Of a stretch of DNA of 64,000 nt, positions 23,193 through 36,540 are shown one piece after another. A model generated the notes under the pieces. The model searched no databases. It was not told the origin of the DNA and saw only the letters and a program-made list of their open reading frames with translations. This DNA is from Kondoa subrosea (taxonomy: Eukaryota): positions 3,785,136-3,849,135 of the forward strand of contig BCIN01000001.1 of the NCBI GenBank assembly GCA_039545335.1, in the 5' to 3' direction. Within the stretch, counting starts at the first letter, position 1. The number at the start of each line of letters is the position of its first letter. The translations under genes were made by a program, and so were the position numbers.

Positions 23193-26100
23193 ATGGACTT
23201 CGAGCTGGACGATGATTTCCAGACTGCAGAAGCTACTATACCGTCTCGATCTACATCTTCCGTATCTGTGAACAAGAGCAATGTTTCCTCGCTCGCTACT
23301 TCACCGCAGTCGCGTTCAAGTACAACACGCGACGATTTGGAGCAAAGAGCTAGTAAACGACCTCGCTTAGATCTGGAATTAGAAATGGACGATGACTTTG
23401 CTCTTCCTACCGAATCTATTGAGAAACCTTTGCTTGATAATGGACTGTCTTCTTCAGTTCAGCAACTTATGCAATCTCAACCTCGTTCATCGCAATTAGA
23501 AGAAGAGGCAGAACAAAGACCGAGCTTCTCAGTGACCAACCTAGATCTCAGCGAAAACCGTTCTTATGCTTCATCAATCACCGGAACCAATTTCGAAGGT
23601 CAGAGTATCACATTTCGTAGACGACCTCAGAAATCCCTCTTGCAACTCTCTGGACAAAAAAAATCAGTCGTGACCACTTTCCAAGATCGGGCTACCAGTT
23701 TGTTGGAGAAACCAATGCATCAGATGTTGGATGAACTCAGAGCTGAACGATCGAAACCTGCTCTGCCTGAAGAAGAAGATGTAGTGCAACTGTTGACGGA
23801 AGCAAATTTAGCTAGAGTTGACAAAGGGAAAGGCAAGAAAAAGGAGAGCGAGATGTGGACGGATCGATATCGGCCAAAGAAGTTTACAGATCTGTTAGGA
23901 GATGACGTGGGTCTTTAGATGGCTCAATGAGCTGCTTACTGAAGCTTAATCTATGCTCTTGGCTCACAGAGGATGAATCGATCTGCTATGTCTTGGTTGA
24001 AAGAATGGGATTCTTGCGTGTTCAAATCCAGCGATGCGGGCAATGTGAGGAAAAAGGCTATGGCTGCTGAAAGGCGGAAGAAAGCTCGCGGAGAGGCTGC
24101 TCTAGAGGGAGAAGCAAATGCTGTCGGTTTCTTTTTTCAGAGTCGAGCTCGAGAAGCTGATAAATTGAGATTTCGATAGTTTGTGGAAGATCCGCTTGGT
24201 AGGCCCTTAGAGAAGATTATGCTCCTTAGTGGACCTCCAGGACTAGGCAAGACGACTCTAGCTCACGTCTTGGCGAGGCAAGCTGGTTATCAAGTGCACG
24301 AAATCAATGCTTCGTAAGTTGTTTGTCAACACTTTGCTCGCAGTTATCTAATATTGCCATCAATAGAGATGACCGGAGTACGAAAGTCGTTACAGAACGA
24401 ATACGAGATGCGCTTGAGTCTCGGGCTTTGACTTCCTTGGGTTCCATGTGCGACAACAGACCTACTTGCGTGGTTATTGACGAGATCGATGGTGCTACTG
24501 GCGGTGGAGCTGGCGATACTGGTTTCATGAAGAATTTGGTCAAGTTCATTATTGATGGCAGCAAAGTACCGCGGAAAGGAGGCTAGTCTGCAGCTTATGT
24601 GTATCTGGTGATACTCACATGAGGTTTTTGATTGACAGCAGCGAGAAAGCAAGGCCAGAAAGACAGTAAACCTCTTATCCGACCAATCATTTGTATATGC
24701 AACGATCTGTCAGTGTCTAACCCTTTCCTCTCCAAGATCGTTCCTGATTCATAGAGTAGATACGCACCTGTTCTTCGACCACTTCGGCCTTTAGCTCGAA
24801 TAGTGCGGTTCAATGCACCAGCTCACAATTCCCTCATTGCTCGATTGCGGTCTATCTGCGATGGCGAGAGCTTGAGCACGGATACAAAGAGTCTTACAGC
24901 TCTCGTCAATGTAGCTGAAGGAGACATGCGGAATTGCCTAAATACTTTACAAGTGTGTTTCGCGTTATTTGACGCGCGAAGAAGAATCCAGCTAAAAGAT
25001 AGATCAGTTCATCAAAGCCAAATCGTCAGTAGTGGATGAGAAGACGGTCAAAGCTGCTACAATAGGAATGAAAGATACCGGAACGTCAGCTTCTTCCGTC
25101 TGGGACAAGCTGTTTCGGATACCAGTGAACAAGAAGGGCAATAATCAAGGTACAATGTTTGTGCATCTTATAAGAGTTTGCTGACCAATGGTCAAGGCGA
25201 TGACAAGTATGTCAATCGACTTGTCAAAGACATTTCAACTTGCGGAGAATACGACAAGCTATTACAAGGTCAGTAGTTCGTGCTGTCAAAATTATCTGCT
25301 GAATAGTAACCAGGCTGCTTCGAACATTATCCTCTGTGCAAAGCTCCGACGGATGGATGGGCGACAATGACCAAAGCGCTTGACTGGATCGCGTTCTATG
25401 ATCAGCTCGATGGTAATCTCAAGTCAGAACGCAATTATGAGCTGTATCCTTATCTACCCTATACTTTCGTTCATTGGCGTCCGCTCTTTGCAAGTCACGC
25501 GAACAAATCCGTCGAATGGCCAAAAGCTGATTATGAGGTCAGTTCCATTGCTTTGCCTTCGTTCAAGCAGCTGAGTAAGAGTTGTACAGGCGTATTTGAA
25601 GAAATCGGCACATGAAGAAATTGCTGAAGCTTTTGCGAAGAAAGTACCGATTCATACTAAGACAGCTTTCAGCGGAGCCGATCTCGTTGGCGAACTCGCG
25701 CCTTTGCTCATGCGGATCCTGTCACCGGATGTGAAGCTCGTGAGTTAATTGCTATTTCCAGTTGACATTTCTCTGAACCGGTATTGCAGATTGCTGGACA
25801 AACCGCAAAAGCGGATGACAAGAAAATCATGGACAAGTTGGCTAGCATCATGTTCTATTTTGGTCTATCGTTCGTGCAAGAGAAGAATGAGGATGGTCAA
25901 TACGCGTACAAGCTTGATCCGTGAGTTTTTGATGTAGTCATGGTTGTCAGTGCTGATTTCCCACAGTGCGCTTGATGTTTTTGTACACTACGATGGCAAG
26001 CGCGCAACGGATATCCCTCCTTCGCGCTATACTCTGCGGCATATTGTCGCCTCGCAGGTGAGTTCTCGAAGTCACTTCGATCTGATAGCGGCTGAAGTGT

Positions 26101-26532
26101 TGCAGCTCGAACTTCTCTACGCTCGCAAAGGCTTGAATGATGGCGAGGGTCCTTCCACAGCAAAAGACATTATCGGAGCATACAGCAAGTGAGTCAGGAT
26201 TGGACGACTGCTGAGATGTATTTATTTTTCCCGTCAGATCTGCTATACCTGGAGCCGGTGGATCTGTTGTCTGTTCATTTCTGTACTAAGTTGCTTGCAG
26301 GCTGATGTCCTGTAGGTTGCTGCACCGGTCGATTTCTTTGGCCGAATACTTCCATCGAAAACGGAGGAACAAGAAGGTACTTTTGTCGCAAGGTGTATTG
26401 CCCTGTACTGACGTGATTCTAGGATCCAATCTGCGACTCAAGAAGAAGCTCAAAGTCACATACAAGTACAACGAGGGGTTCTCTAATGCTGTTAAGCTGC
26501 CCATCAAGATTGTCGATCTCTTTGGGCGGTGA
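23193..26532 (+). CDS. CTF18: Chromosome transmission fidelity protein 18 (RFC-like AAA+ clamp loader), multi-exon
   Basis: MWTDRYRPKKFTDLLGD, WLKEWD, Walker A GPPGLGKTT, EINASDDRS, VIDEIDG, RPIICICND, EGDMRNCLNTLQ, C-terminal YKYNEGFSNAVK. Confidence 0.96.
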
Positions 26533-26858
26533 AGCTTGTACCAGCGGCTTGGTGCAGATCTAATACTTAAGCCTGGTGCTGCGTTGGATGTCTCGTCGCG
26601 TTCATTGATTGCCGTTCTGAATGCTTCGAGTATCGCTTCTTCTGCTCTTCTGCTTATCCCTACATGTCTGCGAGCCTGAAGATCGGGCAGATGGATTTCC
26701 CAGGATTTCCCTATCTCTTCCGATCACCTTCCGGCAGAGTCAATCGTTTTCTGGGCGCGATAAACAAAAGCTTGATAGCGACTTTCCTTATCTCTGGTCT
26801 TCTTTCTTTCTCTTTTACTACCGTTCCACTCTTCAGCTCCCTAGCACATCAATACAAC

Positions 26859-29334
26859 ATGGTTGGTCAGTCATTTTCGATAGCCTGCTTACTGTATAGA
26901 AGCTGACTTCTCGTGTCCTTCCTTCTATTCTTTCCATTCCTTCAATCTCTTATCGCTCAACCATCTCACTTCGTCCTGCTCTACCATGCCGCTCGTTCGT
27001 CTAACAGAAGTCACATATACCGATTCAGGCGATATGGTGTCAACCTGTGAGTCGAGCATTGAGTTCTATCAATATCCTTATCTCAAGTTCTTATGAATAA
27101 GTATCCGATGGCACAACCGCTCTTTACAACAATGGAGATATGGCGTTTCTCATGGTCTGCACAGCTCTGGTCATGATCATGTCACGTAAGTCCCATGACT
27201 GTGCAAAAAAGAACAGGTCTCATCTTTTACCACTTTAGCGGGTATTGGTTTCTTCTACTCTGGAATTTTAAGGCGGAAGAATGCTCTGTCTATGGTGTGT
27301 ATGATTATGCTGCAGCTATCGGTGTGCTGATGCGCGTCATGTCAGATCTGGGTTTCTTTGGCTGTTTACTGTTTAATATCGGTCGCATGGTTCTTTTGGT
27401 GAGCCTTTCGCCGTACAGATTGACGAATGCTCATGCTTAGTAGGGGTTACTCACTTGCTTTTGGCACTGGCTCTTCCTTCATTGGAGATTTGAGCAAGTT
27501 TGGTCTGATGAATGTTCTCGATACCCCAAGTCCTGGTTCCACAAGACTTCCTGAATTACTCTTCTGCCTCTATCAAATGGTCTTCGCTACTCTTACACCA
27601 GTCATCGCATTCGGCGCGACGTAAGAGTCTTTCCATCAATTTCCAATGATATACTCATGTATGCTTATCTGATACTATAGCGCGTACGCTTTCACTCTTT
27701 CGCGCTAAGTAACGGTTACTAATTGATACTCAGTGAGCGTGGACGTCTTGGTCCGCTTCTTGTTCTCGCTTTTGTTTGGCATACCATCGTGTACTGCCCT
27801 ATGTGAGTTTGATATCCTCTTTAACAAGCCTTTCTCTGAATCTTGTCAAACAGTGCACATTGGGTTTGGTCACCAAGTGGCTGGTTGTTCAAATTGGGTG
27901 ATCTTGATTTCGCCGGAGGAGGACCTGTTCACATGTCAAGTGGCTTCGCTGCATTCGCCTACTCATTGTGGCTTGGAAAGCGAAGAGGTAAGCTTTCTAA
28001 TCGATAGGCGTACCACAGCACTCATCGCAAGTCAGGTTACGGTACTGAAAGACTGGCATACCGACCGTCCTCTGTTGCAAATGTATACCTTGGAACAACC
28101 TTCATCTACTTCGGATGGTTCGGTTTGTAAGCTGCAGTCTTTATTGCGCGGGTCAAGTACTCACACGTGTCTCGTCTACCAGCAACGGAGGATCTGCTCT
28201 ATCAGCCAACTTGCGCGCCGTACAAGCTTTGATTGCAACCAACACAGGTGAGCGGAAACCGGACCCGATTGTGCTCAGGCTCATTATTTTGAATGATCAG
28301 CTGCTGCCAGTGGAGGTTTGATGTGGATGCTTCTCGATTACCGACTAGAGAAAAAGTGGAGCACAATTGCCTTATGCTCAGGCGCTGTCGCTGGTCTTGT
28401 TGGTATCACGCCTGCTGCTGGATACGTCGGAACGCCTGCTGCTCTTGCTATCGGTGTTGTTACGGCTGCCGCATGCAACTTTGCAACGTGAGTCTACAGG
28501 ATTAACAGACCACACGTTGTTAACCGTTCATGTATGCAGCAAACTCAAGTTCCTGTTGAAAATCGACGATGCCCTCGATGTCTGGGCGCTACACGGTATT
28601 GGAGGTTTCGTGTAAGTCTCGCTTCATTCGCCTCTATCTCTTCTTAATGTGTTGCAGTGGTGCTGTCCTCACTGGCCTGTTCGCCGATTCCCGCGTAACG
28701 AGCTTCGATGGTGTCACCGAGATTGCAGGAGGTTGGATCAACCATAATGTTCGCCCTTTTCCGTTGCTTCTTGCTCTGTCGCTCACGTCTTCACTAGTAC
28801 ATCCAACTCGGCTACCAACTCTCAGGTGCTGTGTCCATTTCAGTCAGTAAAAGACCTTCAGAAACAACGGCAAGCTGAGACGGTTTACAGGCCTACTCTT
28901 TCGTTGTCACACTACTGCTCTGCATCATCATCGACTACATCCCATTCCTCGGACTGAGAGCAACAGAAGAGACTGAGATTGTCGGAATTGATCTTGATCA
29001 GCTTGGAGAGTTCTCATAGTGAGTGATCGAGCTTCCGCTTGCTGCTCTTGGCTAAGATGCATCTCTTCAAGTGATTACGTGCATCACAGGGTTCGTCAAC
29101 CATTTGTTAGTGCCAGTTCCTTTCACTCACATTCGTGCTTTGTTTAGAGAGAAGCTGAAGGAGGTATGTTAAGATTTCGAGCAAATTCCTTTCGCTCATC
29201 TTTTGCTTTTGACGTCTATAGCTTATGTCAAAGATGGCGGCATGCCTGACTCAGCATACGCATCGGAGGAAAAACTACATGAGAAGTCAGCGGGCGCAAT
29301 TGATCCAGTAAGCCTGCGCGATAGTTCTGCTTAA
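26859..29334 (+). CDS. Ammonium transporter (Amt/Mep family), about 20 exons; 3' end uncertain
   Basis: [100 protein letters not shown] (twin His). Confidence 0.96.
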
Positions 29335-29959
29335 ACGCTGCTGAGCCCCAGGATGATTTCAGTCTACGCGCGCATAGAGGAACTTTCGTTACGATGTGCA
29401 AGATAGCTGTATGCATTCTTTCGCGCTGTGTATATAGCAAGGGTAGACCAAGTAATGAAAGACATATTTCCACAGACACCGTTGACCCGTGTGCAGAAAT
29501 GATGTGCGAGCCTCTCACTTGGCTAAGAAGCAGGCTATCAGAGTCATTTGGAGGCCTCAAGTGATACTGTGCTGTAAATTTGAAATCTTTGGCCGGTCAT
29601 CTGCGAACAGTCAAGAACATTTTCTGAGCAGGCTGTGATTATTCGATAGCCTTTCTGTGTGACTAGTGCACCATCCTGTGTCGTCTCTGTGATCTTAGTT
29701 GCTCTGATTTCGCCATGTATTGCGCCGAAGGTCTTTCATGCCTCTTTACTGCTGTTATCTTGCTATTATCTTCTCCTAAGAAGCACATGAAGCACGTCTG
29801 TGCCGGACTAGCGCGTTCTTGTCCTGAAATCGACGCGCTTCCCAGTCTACAACCATACACAATGCAGGCGTACACAGCCGCGGTCCTGGAAGCTCTGTGT
29901 GCTCAAAATGAGCTGATCCACTTTCTTCTTCTCTGCCAATCACTCACACAAGCCAAAGC

Positions 29960-31006
29960 ATGTCTAAAGCACAGCGTTTCTTGTGAGTTACACATGAGCT
30001 TACCGCTATCCAGGCTTATCGCTTGTGTAGCTTTGGATTCTCCGATGGACACCTTACATTCCCCAACAATCCCTATCTGACCCTCAAACCACATGAAGCA
30101 CACTTTGGGGCACGAAACACTCATTCCCTAAATGGATATCTGTCGCCCATCTTCCTATACTATCCTGAAGGAACGCCGGACAACGATGGATGCCTTTCTC
30201 TTGATTCAACCTTTGGCGCTGCGCCTGTCTACAACGTGACACTCGCTTCACCACCCAAGAATTGGATGGCTTTTATTCATAGAGGAATATGCTACGCCGG
30301 CGATAAAGTGGTCAGTCTTCCGTCGCTTCACAAACCTTTCTTGACTTATATCTTATTTTCCAGGTACTGGCAGAACGCCTGGGTGCTCAAGCAGTTTTGA
30401 TAGGGGACCTAGGCTCGTCTACCGACGCGTACAACCTTCAAGGCAATGGCAAACCAGCAAACATTCCGGTCTATGGCATTTCAGGGGACGCTTATCTGCA
30501 GACCCTCTCCTTCATGCAATGCACTGGGCAAAACATTACTCAAGGTGGAACTTTCAATGGTGTGGAATTCAACTTCAAGCCTGGTCACCGAGTCGGAACC
30601 GGTCCGGGGTAAGTATCTGCTTCGTCGAGTTTTTAGGATAGGTCTGACTGTCTTGTACAAGGATTGCACTCTTCGCCATCTTTAGCGTAGTCTTGTGGGT
30701 TATTTGCGCGACATTTTGTTGTTGTTGGGAAGAATGGAGACGCAATCGCCAAAGGCAGAGAAGAAACAGAGAAGAGATGCGGCAACTCAATGTGCAGTTG
30801 GCCAATGTGGATCTAGAAATCGCTCAACTACAACCTTTGGCCAATGCTCCGATCATCCCAGCTGCTGCCGTTCCATTTCAAGTTCCTGCTCCAGCCGTTT
30901 GCAGCAAGAAGTACAAGAAGCAGCGCCTCAAGAAACAGAAGAAGCCGAAACTCCTAAACTCGAAAAGATGCCTACTCTACCCGAATACCAAGTGCCCGCA
31001 ATCTAG
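29960..31006 (+). CDS. PA (protease-associated) domain membrane protein with no RING finger; start uncertain; apparent frameshift near 30897-30900
   Basis: AHFG..DGC..WMAFIHRGICYAGDKVVLAERLGAQAVLIGD..NIPVYGISGDAY (PA pattern), then TM IALFAIFSVVLWVICATFCCCW and basic RRNRQRQRR. Confidence 0.7.
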
Positions 31007-31250
31007 GTGGAGCAAAGCCTCCAGGTATCGTTGTATGTTACTTCAATATCTTGCTGCGTCTTTTAAAGTAGAAGCTGTATACCACATCATTATCTCCCTT
31101 ATCTTCTGATGACTTCAGTATGGTCTTAATACACATTCATTTGTATCTGGCTTCTGATAATGTTTTGAATGACTCTATTGATGCTCTGAAATCATAATAC
31201 ACCCATTGCCCTCTCTTATTCAGCTATACACATTTCCATTTTTGTTCACT

Positions 31251-33556
31251 CTAGATTGACGGACTCAATTCGTCTAGGGCTACCAGACTGTCAATCTCCG
31301 TTGGCGCCAAATTAATCAAGTTTCGTGCTTCCATGTATAACCAGACCTAGTATACATGAGCTTGCTTCACATAACTAATAAGTGTGCACACCTTTGCCAA
31401 TTGGCTGACTGTGCTGAAGTCCAAGCCGTGACTCTTGACCGCACTCGTTTGTATCTGCATTCCAACTTGTCGCAACACTGGCAAAGCGTTCGCAAATAAG
31501 TCCATATTCGGATCCAGCTGTCTGCCTATCCCTTCAAGCAGTAAAACAGATATCACTGTATTGACGAAATCCGGTTCCATCTTGACGTGATGATTTCTCA
31601 CATTTTGCAGAACTTCACTTAAGACGTCCGAGATCCTTATTTTGCCCAACGAGAAGGTTTGACTTTTGACGCTCAAAACCAATCTTTGCATTTTTAGCGC
31701 AAAAGATTCTTCGTCGATGACCGCTTCTGGCGAACGACATCTTTCGACCATGAGTTTTCCAGCTTTGTAGCCATCGAATTGAGCGATAGCAGTAAAGAGT
31801 TCCAAGAAGTTCTTCAAGTTCTTCTGACTGAGTTCTGTTACTAGACCGGTATCGATAAAAACCAATTCAGGCTGATACCCATCTTGATGTAATCGTTCTA
31901 GTTCAGTGAGCCAAGCGTTCTTATCTTTGGCTAGTTTGTTCATCTTGTGCGCGATATCAACGGAAGTAGGTTCACCAGGTACGGTTATCGCAGCTGGTTC
32001 AGGTTCAGGTTTGTCGAAGAGATTAGCTACAATATGTTGGTATATACTTCGAGTTGTGGGTTTGTAGAATTTGATCATGATGTTGCCAGGGTGTAGATCA
32101 GAATGAACAAAGTTATCGATTAATAGCATTTTCTGTCCGATGAAAAGATTTCCCCTCAGCTCAAATTAGGCAAAGCAGATTTCTCGACTGACCAAGAAAG
32201 CATCTAACCCTAGATTGGCTATCGTTTCGTCAAACGGACCACCTCCCGCTCTGAGAAAGTACTTGAGTGGTATGGCATCCTGGAATTCCTCAATCAATAC
32301 TTCCTTTGTTGTATAATCCGAGAGTGGTCTAGGGAAAGATATTGTTCTCTTATGTCTGAAATTCTTTTCGAAATGCCTCAGATTGCCAGCTTCCGTTCTT
32401 AAATCCAATTGCATCATCATCAACGAACCAAAGACTTCTACTTCTTCTGGTAAACTGAGCCATTGTACGCCAGGGATGATGTTGAGCATTCGAGCGAAAA
32501 AGGTCATAATTTTCAAATCCCTTCGAATCTTCTTTTCTACATTTGGGTGAAGAATCTTGATTGCCAGAGATGTACTCGGAACATTGACAGGTGCATAGTC
32601 TTCTGGTGCTGGCAAGATTGTGCGAGTGACCCTAGATTTGGCAGTCCGATCTCGTTCATGCTTTGGCCCAAGGTAATGTTGAGGTAGAAGATCTGGGTTG
32701 AGAGTAGCGCGGTAGACCTGGTAAATCTTTTTCTGTTAATATCTCTTCATAGCAGACTAAATAATAACACTGACCTGACCAACAGCACCTATTCCAAGCG
32801 GTTCCTCGTCAAAGTGGGAAAAGATCTCTTCGAATGATCTCCCAAAAGACCCTTCGAGCTGCTTCCTTGTATGTTTGATAGAATGAGGTTTCCCATTTGA
32901 GTGCAATCGGCCAAACAGTTGACATAGACTTTCAGGGAAGAGATCCCTTCTCGACCCTGCCCATTGTGCTAGCTGTATTGCATGTACTCTTCTGATGGCT
33001 GATCACAGCGCTTAGAGTTTTGACATACCTTAATGAAAGTAGGACCAGCTCTTTCCATCTGCTTGACCAGAAATCCATACCACCACAGAGTAGTGGATCT
33101 TTCTTTCGCGCCATGTTTCGAGTAATCAATCAACAAGATAGGAGCAGTGACCAATACAGGAACGAAGATGAAAGCAAGATAACAAAATCGTCTCGCTGTA
33201 CTGAGTGGTTCGACCAGGTAATCGCGGAAGAAATAGATGATCCTCCATATCAGAGTATGCGACTTGACTTCCTGGGCTTGCTCAGCCTGTTGCTCTTGTG
33301 CTTGAGGAGTCTCGTTTTCTTTCAGTGTAACTGGTTCTTCAGCTTGTACATCTTGCTTGAAAGGTTGATACAGAGGGACAGCTAGGCCAATGACAAGTAC
33401 AGTAGGCCAAGGTGATCTCCTGGAGCCAGTGCGCCTATACGAAGCAGTAGAAACCAGTCGAGTATATGACGTTCGACATTCTATCAATGTTCGACCCGGT
33501 CGTGCAGACTGCCGTGTCAAGCTGCGCACGACATGCCTATTCACAGGCGAGAACAT
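31251..33556 (-). CDS. Mitochondrial ABC1/UbiB-family atypical kinase (ADCK2/Cqd1-like), multi-exon
   Basis: Presequence-like N-terminus; AGPTFIKLAQWAGSR.DLFP, EPLGIGAVGQVYRA, AIKILHP, QLDLRTEA.NL..F, DNFVHSDLHPGNI, FIDTGLV, LLEGIGRQLDP. Confidence 0.93.
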
Positions 33557-33711
33557 ACGCTAGGGATATCTGGCGCTCTTGGCAGCAAAAGGTATATATG
33601 GTCGTGTTGGGCCAATTCGAGCGATCATGCATGTATGGAAAGCTCAAATTGTCTCGGGAAAATAAAGTGAAGAAAAGGGTGAAAGATACATGCATATGCT
33701 ATGATAGATAC

Positions 33712-34460
33712 TCAGGAAGCTTGAAAGCAACCGCAATAGACAGCTACCGGTCTACCGCTATGATCATCCTTGAAATTGCCCAAAAGTCCCTCAGGATGGA
33801 CGTGATGGGTCTCGAAGTGACCTTGCTTGTGAGATTCGGCATGGGTATGAAAGTAGGGGTGGCGATTTTCAGACCATTGATAAGCTCCAGGCACAATATC
33901 GTGAATCCATATATCGAAGGTAGGTAGTTCATTGATTGTGTGTTGGTACGGCAAGATGAGAATATGAGACTCGACAGATTGACCCCGCGGGGATGGTTTG
34001 GTTGCGTCGTATAATTGGGCCCGTTCCCAAAAACCTGCATAAGTGTCGTTCTCATGGAATTGAATCGATGTGATTTGCTTGGGCAAGTATAAAGGGCGGA
34101 CGTAGTAGTGGCCATCTTTTCCGTGGCACCATTGATAATACGGGAAGTCCATTCGCTTTGACTATCGTAAGCATACACCATTACTAGTCAGCTACACGTA
34201 CGAGCATGGCATGTTGCCATTGCGCCTCTGCACACTGCTATCCGAAGAAAAGTCAGTTCTACTTCTGTGACAAAGCGGCGCTTCAAGCTTACTGTGCGAT
34301 TCATTCTCTTAATAGCTGTATTATACGTAGTTTCAGACTCAGAACTCATATCGCCTAGCCTGAGTACTGTATCATGACCGATGACTCTATGAGTTGGATG
34401 ATTGACTTGGTGTTGTCTATTTAAAGTTTGATCCCAATGAACATCAGGATCCGGATTCAT
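33712..34460 (-). CDS. Hypothetical His/aromatic-rich protein (at least ~215 aa, 3 or more exons; start uncertain)
   Basis: MNPDPDVHW..RMNRT / QCAEAQWQHAML / RMDFPYYQW..VYCGCFQAS* joined by two phase-0 introns (gtaagc..gatag, gtacgt..caaag). Confidence 0.65.
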
Positions 34461-35059
34461 ATCTACGGCTATGTAGTAAAGATCAAAGTGAGATCTAAAG
34501 CGAAAAATTATTGGAAGAGAAAGAGAGAGGAAGTAAACCGAAACAGTGAATCTACCGCAAAACAAAGGGGAAACAGAGGCAAAACTTCTGACCACCCTCC
34601 ACTAGGAATCCTGCCTTGAGATGTCGAGGACTGTAAGCCCAATCGTGTATAGAGGGCCATCGTCAGCGCTTTTGCAGCAATCGGGGAATATGAGCACGCG
34701 GAATCATGAAGTATAGCCTTCAAGTGCATCAGAGTGTCCGAGATGCTACCCATCGCTAGAGGATAAAGCAAGACGACAGAGGAACGCGGATCATGACCTT
34801 GATAGAAGGAAGAAAGAAGAGAAAAAGTTCTACGACATAACAATGAGTGCGGATCGAATGAGCGCGGCAGAGAGGATTCAGCTCAGCCAAACAAAGGCTG
34901 CTTACCTTGGAAGAAGAAAAGAGACTGCCTCTCTTTCAGCTAATGAAATCGGTGATACACATTTCACATCCCCTTACAGGCAAGTTTGTTTTTCGCGAAG
35001 TCCTCCTCTCACAAAAACAACTTCTCAACTTTCCCTCTACAAAGCACATACTACTAGCC

Positions 35060-36148
35060 ATGCCTCCTAAAGGATCAAAGGCAAGCTACTCTAGCGAAAA
35101 TCAGGGCTTCTCTGACAATCGTCCTCTTGCACAGAAAGCTGCCGAACCCAAAGTCGCTGGTATGCTTCTACTTTGCTCTGAGCTCTGTCACCCAGCTAAT
35201 ACATTGTCTGACGTATAGATAAAGTGGAAGAGAAAGTCGCAGAGGAACCTACAGGGTAAACTTTTGACCTCACTAAAACAACAAATGGGCGTTTCGAGTC
35301 TTATGCTTTCGAACTTGCAGTAATTGGCTCGCTTTACATTGGAATCTATAGACTGAAAGTACGGCTTCCTATCCATCTAAATTTCAGATCCCGAGCTTAC
35401 GTTTTGTTGCGTTGATAGTTGATCTGGTGAGTTCATCCGAATAAGGCAATCTTCGTTAAACAATGCTTATTCTACCCTTTTTGCAGACTCTCTCTTGGCG
35501 TGTAATAGTAGAAGCTACAAATGCTGAAGAAACTGAACCTCAGACTGGTGACAAGCGCAAAGCTGATGAAGAGGCTGGCGAAGGAGAAGAAGTTGCTCCT
35601 GCTGTAGAAAAGGATGAAGCTGAAGCTACTGAAGCTGAAATCAAAGCCGATGAAGCCGCCGAAGACGCTCAAGCTAACGGCGAGGCTCCAGCGGAAGGTG
35701 GAAAGAAAAAGGCTGCACCGTAAGTTATAATTTCTGCTTTGTGCAATCAAGGTTGCTTACCATACGCTGTCGCTCACAGTAAGAAAGAGAAGAAGCCTGC
35801 TGCAGAACCCACTCGCAAAGCTCCTCGTCGTGCTGCTAAGGCAAAGATCAACTATGAGGATGAAGGTAAGTAGTCTGCGCGACCCTGTCAATTCTAATTC
35901 ATGGTGCCCTGCTTTGCGATTACAGAAGGTGAAGAGGTACCAGAAGCTCCCGAGAAGCCTGCACCAAAGAAGAAGCCTGCACCGAAGAAGCCAGCTACGA
36001 AGAAGGCCAAGGTCGACAAGGAAGATGCTCCTGCTGCTGACAAGCCAAAGGGAAGGTGAGTCTTCAACAATCACTCTCTGTCATCGTCCAATGCTAAGCG
36101 GTCTGTTTGTTTAGATCTACGAGAAACTCCAAAGCTTCAGACGAATAG
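35060..36148 (+). CDS. Small Lys/Ala/Glu/Pro-rich intrinsically disordered, probably nuclear protein, multi-exon
   Basis: MPPKGSKKAAEPKVA..TGDKRKADEE..GGKKKAAP.KKEKKPAAEPTRKAPRRAAKAKINYEDE..PAPKKKPAPKKPATKKAK..GRSTRNSKASDE*; exon choice in 35219-35510 is ambiguous. Confidence 0.75.
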
Positions 36149-36540
36149 AGTTGTCTCCTTCCTAACTTCAATACCGTACCTCGTATATATCGGCGTCTCT
36201 ATGGAAAGTTCAGTGGATGGAAAGTTATATATATACACAGTAAAGTGGGCAGCAGGGAAGGGTGGATCTAGGATATACCCTGTAATACTTTTCTCTCTTG
36301 GAGGTTATCGTTTTATTGGAGATTGTTGTTGTACCGCTCTACCAAATACACTAATGTTTCCTCTGCCTGGTATCGACTGTCTTTTTGCTCGGATTTGACC
36401 GCTCCGCGTCTCGGAACTTGTTTTGTTGATTTCTCGACCCACGGTGATCTTTTGGCCGCAATCCGTAATTTGGTCTTTTCAACCTTCTCTGCGTGATGCG
36501 AAGATCTCAGATAGGCTCCATATCGAAGCCTTTTGCGGAT

